The notes beneath the pieces were generated by a model. It did not search any database. It saw nothing but the letters and a program-made list of their open reading frames with translations, and had not been told where the DNA came from. From the NCBI GenBank assembly GCA_951406725.2, contig OX597818.1:9796001-9860000 (forward strand): a DNA stretch of 64,000 bases. Reading direction: 5' to 3'. Source of the DNA: Octopus vulgaris (taxonomy: Eukaryota). Of this stretch, positions 51,501-64,000 are shown piece by piece (the stretch's first letter is position 1; each line of letters begins with the position of its first letter). The position numbers and the translations under genes are program-made.

Positions 51501-53117
51501 AACACACCAACTGAACAAGCTGGGAGATACAAAGGAACAGAAGAAACATCTTCCAACAACGATACCATCTCCAACAATATCAATACTACCAGCTACAATC
51601 ACTATCACTGTCTCCAACATTACAATCACCAACACCACAGAGACGTGCATCATCACAAATACCAGCAAAACCATTATACACACAAAAGAAGGAAAATCGC
51701 TCAGAAACAGTATGAATTATACTGCCATAAATACAAACACCAGAGAGTTAATGGAATACATACATCAACACAGAGACATAACTCAGAATAGTTTCATAAC
51801 ACACCAACACATAAAAATTATTTGAATATCTCAAAACGTAGAGAGCGCTATAAAAAAAATCAGCAAATACTCACAACAGAGTATTAGATATCAAAGTGAA
51901 TATCAATAATATACTTTATAGGGGACTGCTTCTAGAAACACACGTAATTAGCCGGAGTGTTGAAACCTGTACCGCTATAGGAATACGGTACGTGGTCCTT
52001 TTTCACGTTCCTCATTCTGTCAACCGTTGCCTTACTCAGAATAGGCACTGTAAATTTACATAGCCTAGTGTAACCTTCGAAACTGAGATACCTACTCAAT
52101 GGCTTCCTGATACTAAATGCAGGTGTAGCAGACATCAGTGAGACAAGAATTTTCAATTCAAAAGCTTTTTAGACCCTTTTCGGTGGATACGAGATCTATT
52201 TATCTCCAACTCCATAATTGGGAGCAAGAGATGCTGTTTTGTCTGGATCTCACGACGAGGACCATCTTTTTTCGTACAAAGCTGTAGTCCTGGAAGTGAA
52301 AGGTGACGAAAAGGGTACACGGTCAAGGACGAGAGAGTGGGATTTATTCAGACGCATGAAATTTTTCTTCGGAATGAGTCGCTCATCATTGCTAGAGTAC
52401 CTATGATGGTGGAAACGCCATCATGGACACATGCTTGGATTGTGAGAAGCTCGTAGATAGATGTGGGTGTGCAAAAGCCTCGTAGTTCTTCTCAGATATT
52501 CCCAACTGTCTGACAGGAACTAACTGGATTTTCCGAATGTGCCAATGTGGATATGGCGGACTGCATCGTGTCACCCAGAATGCATCGCATTAAAGCATTA
52601 TGTAGGCCTGCAGACAAATCTAACAAAAGTTTTCCACATTTCATAACAGTCAATATACAGATTAGAAATTAGTTACCTGTACGATCGACTTCGATACTTT
52701 CCAAAAATAGAGACCCGGTTACTGGAATCTGAACGTGTAGCAACCAGCAAATTAATTAAGCAGACTCTGATGACTTTAATTGTGAACAACAAATAGTGGT
52801 GCTCCGTGTAAAGGATGGCTAGAATAGAATCGATTAGGTTAGTACGGTAATAGAGACAAAGAAAGCTAGAAAAGAGGGAGATTTCCTCAGAAACTTAAGG
52901 AAAGCGCGTAGGAAAGACATCGCAACCGGAGTGCTCACCGGATGGCATGAAGTGCAATTTATTTGGGAAAACAAATACGTTTAAACATGTTTAAATGTTT
53001 TTCTTGTCATCTCATTTCTTTTATTACTACCACTCTGTACTCGATTAACTCTTCGTTCAGAGGCACACGTATATTGAGTTCTACCCCACGTTACTAGTAT
53101 CGCGATGTTTAAGCGAA

Positions 53118-53150
<33 letters not shown>

Positions 53151-53939
53151 AGTGTATGTGTGTATAAGCGTGAAAGAGAATGTGATAGATAGATAGATAG
53201 ATATGCATATGTCATAACCTGTAACGTATTTGTCGATGCTATATAGAAAAATAATTATTCTATTATAGACTGCGCTTTTTTGTGATTGATGGACATGTTT
53301 GTGATTGATGATATGTTTGTGTGTCTGTGTCTGTGTGTGTGCGTGCGTATGATATGTGTGTGTGTGGGGGGGTGCGCATGCATTGTAACGTAAGTTTATG
53401 CATGTACATTAGATATGCACTCGGTTTTAGGTGTAGATGAACATCCCAACTTCCATCACAATGTTTATGAAAGGCAAATTTATTAGAATATTATTAATAA
53501 GAATAAATATTTTAACACGAAATAGAGAAAGGAACTGAAATGCAGCTTCATAGAGAGAAACAGAGGGAGCGGGAGACCCAGGGAGAAATAAAGAGACGGA
53601 GTTGGAGAGATAGAGAGATAGAGAGATAGAGAGAGAAAGTGAAAAAGAGGGAGGAGTTTAGAGGATGTAAACACATCACTTGTGTAAACACAGGTACGTC
53701 AGAAAATTGAATCAAACACTGCAATAATTTGCTATATTAATACCTTTGATAAAGAATTCTTTAATACATACAACCATCACCAGCAATAAATAGCACACCC
53801 GCATTGGCACATTCTCAAACGTGAACGCACATGTATGTATGTATATACACACATACATAAATATATATATATATATACATATGTATTTATATATATGTGT
53901 GAGTGTGTACACATATATATATGCATATGCATAAATATT

Positions 53940-53983
<44 letters not shown>

Positions 53984-54532
53984 TATATATTATATATTGT
54001 ATATTGTATATTCATGCATATGCTCACTCTCTTACTTACACAGATATACCCATACACGCAGATATACCCATGCAAACAACGTTCGTGTAAACATTGTGAA
54101 TATATAAAGAAGACTGTTCTTTGCGCTTGTTTTCCAAGAATAATTATTTGAGAATGAAAATTTATAAATTACTCTTTTGCCAACGTACAATTCCCAAACA
54201 CATGTCCCTAATTTCTTTAACAATTTTCAACCAGTATATTTATCCCCTTGAGACTTTCCTATTAATGAATTGATTAATGCTTCCAAGAAAGAAATTTCCA
54301 TATTTCTCGTTCATTTAATGTTTCCTTTTTATCAAGACTAGTTTAGCTGATGGCTTGTTTTGATGTAATATTAAAGTTTGGAATAATTGTTTCACAAATA
54401 GCTTTCTTGTTTTCTGATAAATTAACAAGCATGGTCACAATATATAAACATAAATAGAAAAATCACACGTACACATAACAAATAACTGCCTTACACACAC
54501 ACTCACAAACTTATATGTCCATACACGTAAAA

Positions 54533-54581
<49 letters not shown>

Positions 54582-54606
54582 ACATATATATGCATATATA
54601 TGTACA

Positions 54607-54660
<54 letters not shown>

Positions 54661-54972
54661 TGTATGTATATATGTATGAATGTATGTATGTATATATGTA
54701 TACATATATATATATATATATATTATTTATATATATATATATATATACTCCTATGTGTGTGTGCATCTCTGTGTATGTATAACACGCATATTGTTATTGG
54801 TATATATTGTACATAAATGTGTGTTTGTGTTTGTGTTTGTGTACATACAGATATATATAGGAAAATTCATCTCTTATATAAATATGTACATATAACTATA
54901 TATATTTATGTATATTTGAGCTTATATTTATGTATAAATTTATTATATACAATTATATATATGTAGATTGAC

Positions 54973-55059
<87 letters not shown>

Positions 55060-55197
55060 GATATAGATTATATATATTTATACCTCTATCTATATATATA
55101 TATATATACAGGGAGAGGGGGGAGGATACATTTTTATGACAATATAAAGTATATATATATATATATATATATATATTTGCATATATATATGTGTATA

Positions 55198-55237
<40 letters not shown>

Positions 55238-55477
55238 TATATATACACATACACCTATAATACACGCATAAATATATCTATATATACATATGTATATATA
55301 TGTCAGTCTTTTATGTACGTACGCACACACGCATACAGGCTCATACGCACGCGAACATATTGTTTCTGTTTGTTATCTTTTGCATATTATAAAGATGTAT
55401 TGTTTGAATTCGATACAAATAGGCTATTGTTTATTAGCTGTCAAGTATATTGACTAGTTTTATTTTTATTTTTGCAG

Positions 55478-56060
55478 ACGACTTCGCTGGAATTAAAAAT
55501 TCTAAACAATGTGTCTAGTGCTTTTGTGTTGTGTTATATTTTATATCTCTTGATATTGAAAAGCGATTCGTCTTCCGAAGACATCAAATATATTATGAAT
55601 TGTTCAGGGTAATGCTTTCAAGTTCTGTAGGACACTTACAATCCGTACATAATTCCGAAGAGCTACTCGGACTAGTTAAAATATGGCCTGTTTTCATACA
55701 GAACTACTTTATCTTTGTTTGTTTGAAACCCCTTGAAAATTGTTGTTAAACATTGGCAACGCTACGCAGTTTATTTCATTTCATGCTAATAAATGATCAG
55801 TTATATGTCTAAAAACTCTCAATCGGTATAAACGCAAACTTCTACTTGCACATGAATATAATACAAAGAGAAACGTGAAGGTTGTACTTCGACCACAAAA
55901 TATCTAAATAGTACTTCAGGAAATATATATCAGTTTCTTCACAAAGTATTATGCAGTCGCGACGCTAAATAGAGAGCAATGCCACTGGTAATAACTGCTA
56001 AGATATTTTGTTATTTAATTATATTTCTGCCTCTTTATCTGTAAATTTATTTTGTATGTA
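55478..56060 (+). pseudogene. Possible N-terminal exon relic of a second Mth-like GPCR
   Basis: Strong acceptor tttttgcag ends at 55477; signal-peptide-like MCLVLLCCVIFYIS*; NCSG*CF, CLKPLENCC and MPLVITAK..FNYISASL resemble the Cys-rich ectodomain motifs. Confidence 0.25.
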
Positions 56061-56476
56061 ATCATAGTCTTTAGAACGTTTCTCCAACATCATTTCCTTT
56101 CGATATACTGCTGCTAATTGCTTTATCGTGTTCATAACAATGAATTGATGGAAAGCCATGTTTATTTATCGCGATAAAACAAATATACAAAATATGGGTG
56201 CTTTTCCAGTTACAACCTGATCCATACAAGATAAACTATGTAATAACTAGCGCACTTTCAGGGTTGTGCATTCAATTCCAACAGTTTTATCACTATACAT
56301 ACTTAGATATGTCTTTGTGTGTGTGTGTGTGCGAGAGAGAGAAAGGGTGTGTATAAAATCCCACATGCAGACATACATACACACACAGATAGGTTAAGGG
56401 AGAGAGATGCTGCCGATAATTCACTGTTACTGCTTGAAGTGTTATACATCTATACATACACTCATAATACAAACAG

Positions 56477-56556
<80 letters not shown>

Positions 56557-56596
56557 GTATGTATGTATGTATATTTATGTATGTATGTATATGTGA

Positions 56597-56671
<75 letters not shown>

Positions 56672-57190
56672 TATGTATGTATGTATAAATATAGAGACTG
56701 AGAAAGCGAAAGGGAGAAGATAAATACATACACATATGCATACATACATACATACATAGAGGAAGACAGAAATGAGTCTAATTGTTCACTGGGCTGTTAT
56801 TTGGACATTTCTACTACGTTTGGTCGATTAGGCAAGGCCATGAATCTTTCTGTAGCTTCAAATAAATATAAAATCTATAACACGTATGACATGCATTGAG
56901 TACTTTCATTTAGCTTGTAAGCGATTATAAGCTAAGATAAATAAGGTTATACTAAAAATTATACAAAATAAATTCCTGTTTTATTGAAATTATTCCTACT
57001 TCCAAAGAAGGTATAAAATAATCGATAGATATCAGTTGAGATCAACTTCAAATGTGGAAGGGAGATAATCCTAACAATGAGGATTCGCCTAAATTGACTT
57101 GCCGTTAAGGAAAGTCAGCTTGATTGCCTGAAAACAAAAGGGCACTGTAGACACACGTTTCATTGTCAAAAGACGTCATCAGTACATCAG

Positions 57191-57239
<49 letters not shown>

Positions 57240-57254
57240 ATTTATGTATGTATT

Positions 57255-57757
57255 TTCGATTATTGGGATCGCCTTAAAGCCTTGAAACTCTACTCTCTCC
57301 AGCGTCGCCGTGAGCGGTACATCATTTGTACGATGTGGAGAATATACCGCCAACTTTGCCCAAACGACCTGAACATAAGCTTCAAGGTTCATCCAAGACT
57401 GGGACCACGGGCCATACGTCCCCTGCCCAATTCAAGATCACAGCATACTTATACACTACAACATAATTTCTTTTCCTCAACAGGCCCTGCACTATTTAAC
57501 ATTGTCCCGAAAGAGATCAAAGAGGAACAGGATCCCATCAACTTTAAACGGAGTCTGGATAGATTCCTTCAAAGAATACCAGATAAGCCACCCATAATTG
57601 GATACAACTCACCCAACAAAAACTCACTACTTGAATGGACCATAAGCAAAACTTGACTTAAACAGGATTCAAATAATCCTATCAGGTGGTGCTATTAAGT
57701 TAGACATGGCCTGGACCAATCATTGGTCGAAACACACCTAAGTTTATCCAAGTTTAC
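57255..57757 (+). mobile_element. Young 5'-truncated CR1-clade LINE (ORF2 C-terminus plus 3' UTR)
   Basis: Uninterrupted DYWDRLKALKLYSLQRRRERY..GPALFNIVPKEI..FKRSLDRFLQRIPDKP..NSLLEW; stop at 57656; short aagttta repeat tail. Confidence 0.92.
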
Positions 57758-58569
57758 ATATATATGCATCACACTTATATATATATATTGAAGTGATTGG
57801 GTGTGGTGTGTATACATGGAAGAGGAAAATTGTGGAATACCTGGAAGGTGAAGTGACAATATTTCAGTTTGTTCTGATTCACAAAGTAGCGAAAGGACGG
57901 GGATGTTTGTCAGTGTTGTCTAGAGGCGTCTGACCCGCCCAGTTTATGCCAGCTCCGTATAGCATGTGTTGATATCATATTGACAAACGTTATGGCTCTA
58001 TAATTGAATGTATATGTTTCTTTAATCAATTATTAGATTTCTCATTACAAGTAAAATTTGGGTTCCAACTGAAAGAAATCTCTATTGCGGTAATTTGGAT
58101 GACATCAGCATTATGTGTTATATGTCGAATTTTAGAATTTTCTTGTATATCTTTATCCTTCAGTTTATTGATCGTATTAGTAAAATGCTTGTTAGTCTTA
58201 TTTCCCTGAAAAGCGTAGGTTTTCAAGATTGTCACTTGAATATTTAAAATAGCCAAATGCAATATCGATATAAATTTCAGCTTGAAAATACAGTAGAGTA
58301 GCGACATATTTTGAAGCAAGTGTCAACAAATATTCTCCTTCTCTGTCATTTTGCTAATACTTGTAGAGCTACTGTCAATTAAAATCAGAATGTGTGTGTG
58401 TGTGTGTGTGTTCAATAACCTGTAGATCATATTTATGCAAGGACACTCCTTCCGGCGACATTATTTATTATTTTAGCACCAACATTTTGCGACAGAAGAA
58501 GTCTTAATGATAATGTGATGGTGTCGGTGGAGCTGATGTTGATGGAATTACTAATGAACACTGTACATA

Positions 58570-59990
58570 TAGGTACCCTCAAGTCACAGCTGGCAAAATT
58601 TTGACAGTCAGTTTATGAGATGTTATCTGTCATCAGAACATATCACCTACAGAAATTTGCATATATTGTGAATTAAGGAAAATTGAAAATTTGTGGGCGG
58701 GAGGAATGGCATTACAAAATACTATAGAATGTTGCTTCAGATTTTGGGGTTCTTGAAGTGTAACCTACCTGAAACCAGTCATGAGTAAACACTGAGTTAT
58801 AAACAGAATTCGTATAGGTAATTACTGAAAAACTCTTAGTTTTTCTTAAATATGTTGTACAAAATGCTAAAACCCATCTTAGTGCAAAGAATGTTCTTTG
58901 TCTGCGAGGCGTTTATAAAAGTCCATCAAGTTTTCCATTTAGTGCTTGTCTTTTAACTTGTCATTTGACTACCGGTCAAGAACTCCCCCACCCCAGTGGA
59001 AGATCTGACGGAAGTTTCTCGATAATGCAGTCAAATGGATTCTGACACATCTTAATGCTTTTGTATTTACATCGTGATCTGATGACTGCTGCAGCAAGTG
59101 TAGCTTTAGATGAGTGAGATCCTTGAGCGAATTCTGATGTAAATGGAGAATAAATTTCTGTTGCATTTTTCACAGCAGGGCAAATAATTGAAGTTATATA
59201 ATATTAGCCGGAGTAAAGGAAGGTTAATTTATGTTGAAAAGCTTCACGGCAGAGTATATCTTGTATCTATAAACTCGGAATCGCCATAAAATCTTAAACT
59301 GAACGCTTTAAGATGAAACATTAATTCAGCCAACAATGCCAATTTCCCGGACCATTCACCGATTGCATGGAATGGCTGAGCACGATTTTCTCATTCACCA
59401 AATGTCAATCTCCATCCGTAATTCAAAACGTCATGAGATAGTTTTAACGCTGATAAGCCATTTTACAGCAGGTTGGTTCAGAAAATCGCTATATTTAGTT
59501 TATCTTTCTTCCAAAAATATGTTCGTACCTGTCGATGATTGCGTGCATGCGATCGAATAAAATCCACTGCTGATATAAATGTTTCTATTACTCATGAGGA
59601 ATCTAATGGATTTCCACAAATGACTGATGATGCATTGAAATAATACGGGTTTTGTACGTCTCTTATCGCCACAATCTATGTACATTTATCCAACAAAAAG
59701 TTTACCTACTCCAGCCACTTACTTTTCCGTTATCATTTGCAGTACACTTTAGATATTTCCAAACTAGATTATACTTAGTCAAAGTTTCCGGTACGTCTTT
59801 GAAATAGTCTTCATCACTATTTCAACCATAAATGCTGCTCTTTACAGCTCGTTCTTCCATACTTCCAAGTTAGCATTAATTCCCTGAACGAACATTTGCA
59901 ATAAGGAAATGTCTGGCACACCTGTTGATTTATTTAAAGTGTTTTTAATTAGCGCAAAAAGTAGTCTCTTATGTCTTTAGCTCTTCTTAA
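58570..59990 (-). mobile_element. hAT (Buster/SPIN, GTF2IRD2-like) transposase relic
   Basis: Minus strand: FQCII(H)..VDFIRSHARNHRQ..KLALLAEL..QNPFDCIIEKLPSDL; many lesions; termini not resolved. Confidence 0.75.
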
Positions 59991-60105
59991 TTAATTTATG
60001 AGAACAGTGACAGTCAAACTCTATGGACATACCTCATAATAAAGCTTAATATCTAAAGATGTACGCTAGCACGTAAGTAATGCACACGCAAATACATATA
60101 TAAAC

Positions 60106-60153
<48 letters not shown>

Positions 60154-60154
60154 G

Positions 60155-60186
<32 letters not shown>

Positions 60187-60913
60187 CAGACACACACATG
60201 TATATGTACATGTAAATATATGCATGTACATATATGTATGTGTGTGTGTATGCGTGTGTGTGTGCGTGCGTGTGTGTGTCTGGATGCATGTATGTATGTA
60301 TACAGAATTACTTATCAGAACATAAATCTGAAGTCAATTGCGAGCGACGTTTCGCTGCGGCTGTACAAATTCTGTTTCATTTATGCATGGCAAACATTAC
60401 ATGCATCTAGCACTCTAATATTTGTGTAAGTTATCAATATAAACATTTTGAAATTGAAAACTCATATTTATAATGGAGATATTAATGAAGGCCTGAAGTA
60501 AAGAGCATTCCCTTGATTTAACGTAGAACATTTAACAACATTTTATTATCTTTCTGCTTTGAATCATAGAACGTGTTAGAATACAAGCAAAACTAGAAAA
60601 GATTTCTATTAATACATGTGATTTTGCAGAAGTATGAATGCCGAGGTATAAATAGTAGTATACATACTGAAGTATAGATTAAGAGCAGTATAAATACAGA
60701 CACGTCGTCGATAATTTAAGAATTATTTGAAAGCAACATTTTTTTTCATTATCATCCGAACTTCTGTATAACCTCGGTAGATTAACATCAATAGCCAGTG
60801 ATGCACGAGGAAACTGATGAAAAGCATTATAAACGATGGTTAATTCAGCATTTGAATACAACTACACACATAAATAGACACCCACATGCACGCACACATA
60901 TACTTACACAGAT

Positions 60914-60969
<56 letters not shown>

Positions 60970-61465
60970 GCATACACACATATATATCTATGCGTATATA
61001 TACACGTGTATGTGTGTGTGTGTGTACAATAAAAGGGTGCAGTAAATCCTGACATGTTCCTAACTCAACCAATTTGGGTTCGTTCGGTACATATTTCCAC
61101 CTTCAACTCCTATACTCTACACTATGCGAAGCCTATCTTTCATTACATCGCGAGACAAACGAGTGTGGGATTCTTTCTGGTAATGCCGACTATGTAACCA
61201 TCTGGTTTGCCGAAATGTGCATCTTTATAACTCTTTAAAATATCGAGTGCCTTTTCTGTGTTTCTTATTGCAATGTGAGCGAATGTGTGTGTGATTGTGT
61301 GCGTAGAGAGATACAGAGTGAGATAGAGAAAGACAGACAGAGAGAAAGAGAGAGGCAGAGACAGACAGAGAGACAGGCAGAGAAAGAGAGACAGACCTGA
61401 CAGGTAGATAGAGAGAGAAATAGTGTGGATGAAGGAGAGAGAGAATGCGAATGAGTGAGAGAGAA

Positions 61466-61499
<34 letters not shown>

Positions 61500-62109
61500 C
61501 AGATAGACAAACAAACAGAAAGAAAGAAAGATAAACAGTCAAGAAGATGCATACTAATATCCTTACATCTACACATACACATTGTCGTTCGAATATTGCA
61601 ATAAGGATAACCATCCGGTGTAAAAACAATAGGCAATGATATTCTTCTATATTGGTTCATGGAACAGGCATCGAAAAATCATCCTCTGCTGAGAGATCAA
61701 CTGCCCGGCAGACGTAAATGTCTCGTCAAAAACTGGGGAAAGCACGAGCATTTACGGTGAACTAATGAGAAATGTACACCTCTTTTTATCTAAGCTATTG
61801 TTTTTCATTTCAACCAATTATCATAGGTGCACTGGGCTATGTAACAATAGATGTAAAAAATATATACTTTCACAAGCTGAGATTCTCCAAGAAAGAACAA
61901 AGCAATCTGATTCATATTCTCTAAATATAACGACTGAAAATATGCGAAACATTCCAAGGATTCCCTATTTGAGGTCCCTTTGTTGAATACATGCACACAA
62001 TCACATGTGTGTGTGTGTGTATATATATATATCCATATATAGATACACACACACACACACACAAACATATATATATATATATACTTTATTATAAAGCAGC
62101 AGAAATATC

Positions 62110-62160
62110 ACAAGAACTGTTACTCAGAGTTTCACGTTCCCGTTCGTCGGACAGTTTTGT
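62110..62160 (-). ncRNA. Minimal type I hammerhead ribozyme (Penelope pLTR-type)
   Basis: Minus strand: ACAAAACUGU-CCGACGA-ACG(GGAA)CGU-GAAA-CUC(U)GAG-UA-ACAGUUCUUGU; AATAAA follows downstream. Confidence 0.8.
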
Positions 62161-62165
62161 TTAGA

Positions 62166-62211
<46 letters not shown>

Positions 62212-62215
<4 letters not shown>

Positions 62216-62730
62216 GGTATGTAGAAAAATACAACATGGACAAGAACGTATAACTCTTAGAAGACGACACAATAAACACAGACAGGACATTCGAAACCCT
62301 CAGTCTTCAGTCAAGAACCGGATCATCGTAGTAATTTCGGCTGATTAATCTTGAGATTACTAGATCACGGCCAGCCCTCCAAGAAAAACCAAGCAACGAG
62401 CATTAGAAAAACTAAGCTGGAAGCGTAGATTTCCTGGAAGAAGGATCGAATGCATACGAACACCAGGACAGCAAAAGGGACAGATATAAAAAAACAAAAA
62501 ACAATAATGGAATACAGAAACATGAAATACAGAAGCATTAACGGTGAAAACAACAGTGTCTTACGACTGATAACAAGCAAACAAATTTTTCTCTGGCGCA
62601 ATGGAAAAGGCCTTTATAGTGGCGGACGAAAACAGCGATGTTAACACGACGAGGGTCAGAAGCTGAAAGGCAGATTTCGGCCAACAGTCACGTGACAGAG
62701 AAGAGGGAAAAGAAAAGAAAGAGAAGCAAA

Positions 62731-62764
<34 letters not shown>

Positions 62765-63135
62765 GGACAAACGCAACAAAGAGAGAGAAGAGAGAGAAAG
62801 AAGGAATCAGAGAGGAGAAGGGATGGGTGTCGAAGAATGACCTGTGAGTGCAGAGCGAGACAAAGAAATAGGAGGGTAGTGGAAGACTAGACCAAAGAAT
62901 CAGAGGAAAGAGAAGAGAAAAAGAGGATGAGTAGAGAGAAAAGAGAGAGAGAGGGGGACAGATCAAGTAAAAATGAGAGAGAGAGAGAGACAAACAGAGA
63001 GTCGTACCAATTATTAAGAATATGTGCTCACATAAATGTTAAGGGGGGTACGGGGCGCCTGGAATATATGTTAAGGTATGTAGAAAAATACAACATGGAC
63101 AAGAACGTATAACTCTTAGAAGACGACACAATAAA
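62212..63135. mobile_element. 924-bp non-coding element bounded by identical 65-bp direct repeats
   Basis: 62212-62276 is identical to 63071-63135; inserted in (TA)n; no TG..CA termini. Confidence 0.75.
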
Positions 63136-63294
63136 ATATATATATATATATTTCGTTTTTGGATTTGGTTTGCAAGATTCTTTATACGAGTTCGTGTGTT
63201 GAAGCATATTCTATTGTGTCTGGGGAGAAATTTTACCGGTGAGTGTGTTACATAATAAGGCACAAAAGAAAATGACTCTTCCCCAGACGCAATA

Positions 63295-63373
<79 letters not shown>

Positions 63374-63410
63374 CACATACATATATATACATATATATAT
63401 ATTATATATG

Positions 63411-63494
<84 letters not shown>

Positions 63495-63571
63495 CATATA
63501 TATATGTGTATATATATATATATATACATACATATATATATACATATATATATTATATATATATGTGTGTG

Positions 63572-64000
63572 TCCGGGGTCGCGATGGGAACTAGGATGGG
63601 CCCCAATTTCGCCAATCTCTTTCTTGGCTACATTGAGGCCCAAGTGTTCTCCCAGTTCTCTGGGCCGACCCCCGAACTATACGGTCGCTATATCGACGAC
63701 TGTGTAGGTGCCACCTCCCTTTCCCGGGAACTTCTCGGCCAATTCATCTCTTTCCTTTCCAACTTTCACCCCTCTCTTCAATTCACCTCCACCATCTCCA
63801 ACACCTCTGTCAACTTCCTTGACATCTCTCTCCGCATCGATCACCCCTCCAGCTCTCTCACCACCACCGCCTTCTTTAAACCTACGGATTCCCACCTCTA
63901 TCTCAACTTCTCTTCCTCCCACCCCTTCCACACCAAACGAGCCATCCCCTACTCCCAGTTCCTCCGCCTCCGACGTTTGTGCAGCCGCGACCAGGATTTC
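63572..64000 (+). mobile_element. Penelope-like element reverse transcriptase, 5'-truncated, frame open to the window edge
   Basis: 143 open codons: [71 protein letters not shown]. Confidence 0.93.

Noticed and set aside
53278-53316. Tandem TGATTGATG (Pbx/Hox-like) sites
   Set aside because: Explained by a 19-bp local duplication; short motifs occur by chance and there are no conservation data.
61143-61760. Possible RTE remnant around a GA tract
   Set aside because: Similarity too weak to support a call.
63677-63931. Minus-strand Gly/Glu-rich ORF
   Set aside because: Antisense shadow of the Penelope RT frame.

Overview
AT-rich, microsatellite-saturated eukaryotic DNA, almost certainly animal. 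The SINE/LINE families resemble those I recall from Octopus/coleoid cephalopod genomes (inference, not a database result). No intact host protein-coding gene, tRNA or rRNA gene is evident, and nearly all ORFs in the supplied track are microsatellite artefacts. The window is a mosaic of tRNA-derived SINEs, LINE fragments (CR1, R4/Dong-type, RTE), Penelope-like elements, DNA-transposon relics (maT/DD37D, mariner, piggyBac, hAT) and a short LTR+PBS. The main discovery is a near-identical 397/394-bp tandem array (22614-23665). Each unit carries a complete type I hammerhead ribozyme fold with a CCGAUGA core, a palindromic stem III and a GUC cleavage site. This is a candidate non-LTR retrozyme that would release about 395-nt, potentially circular RNAs. 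A second, minimal hammerhead of a different family lies on the minus strand at 62110-62160, near a young Penelope RT. The apparently unique sequence between repeats also seems to contain several heavily decayed GPCR pseudogenes (class A and Mth/adhesion-like), all on the + strand. These were read by eye and need HMM confirmation.
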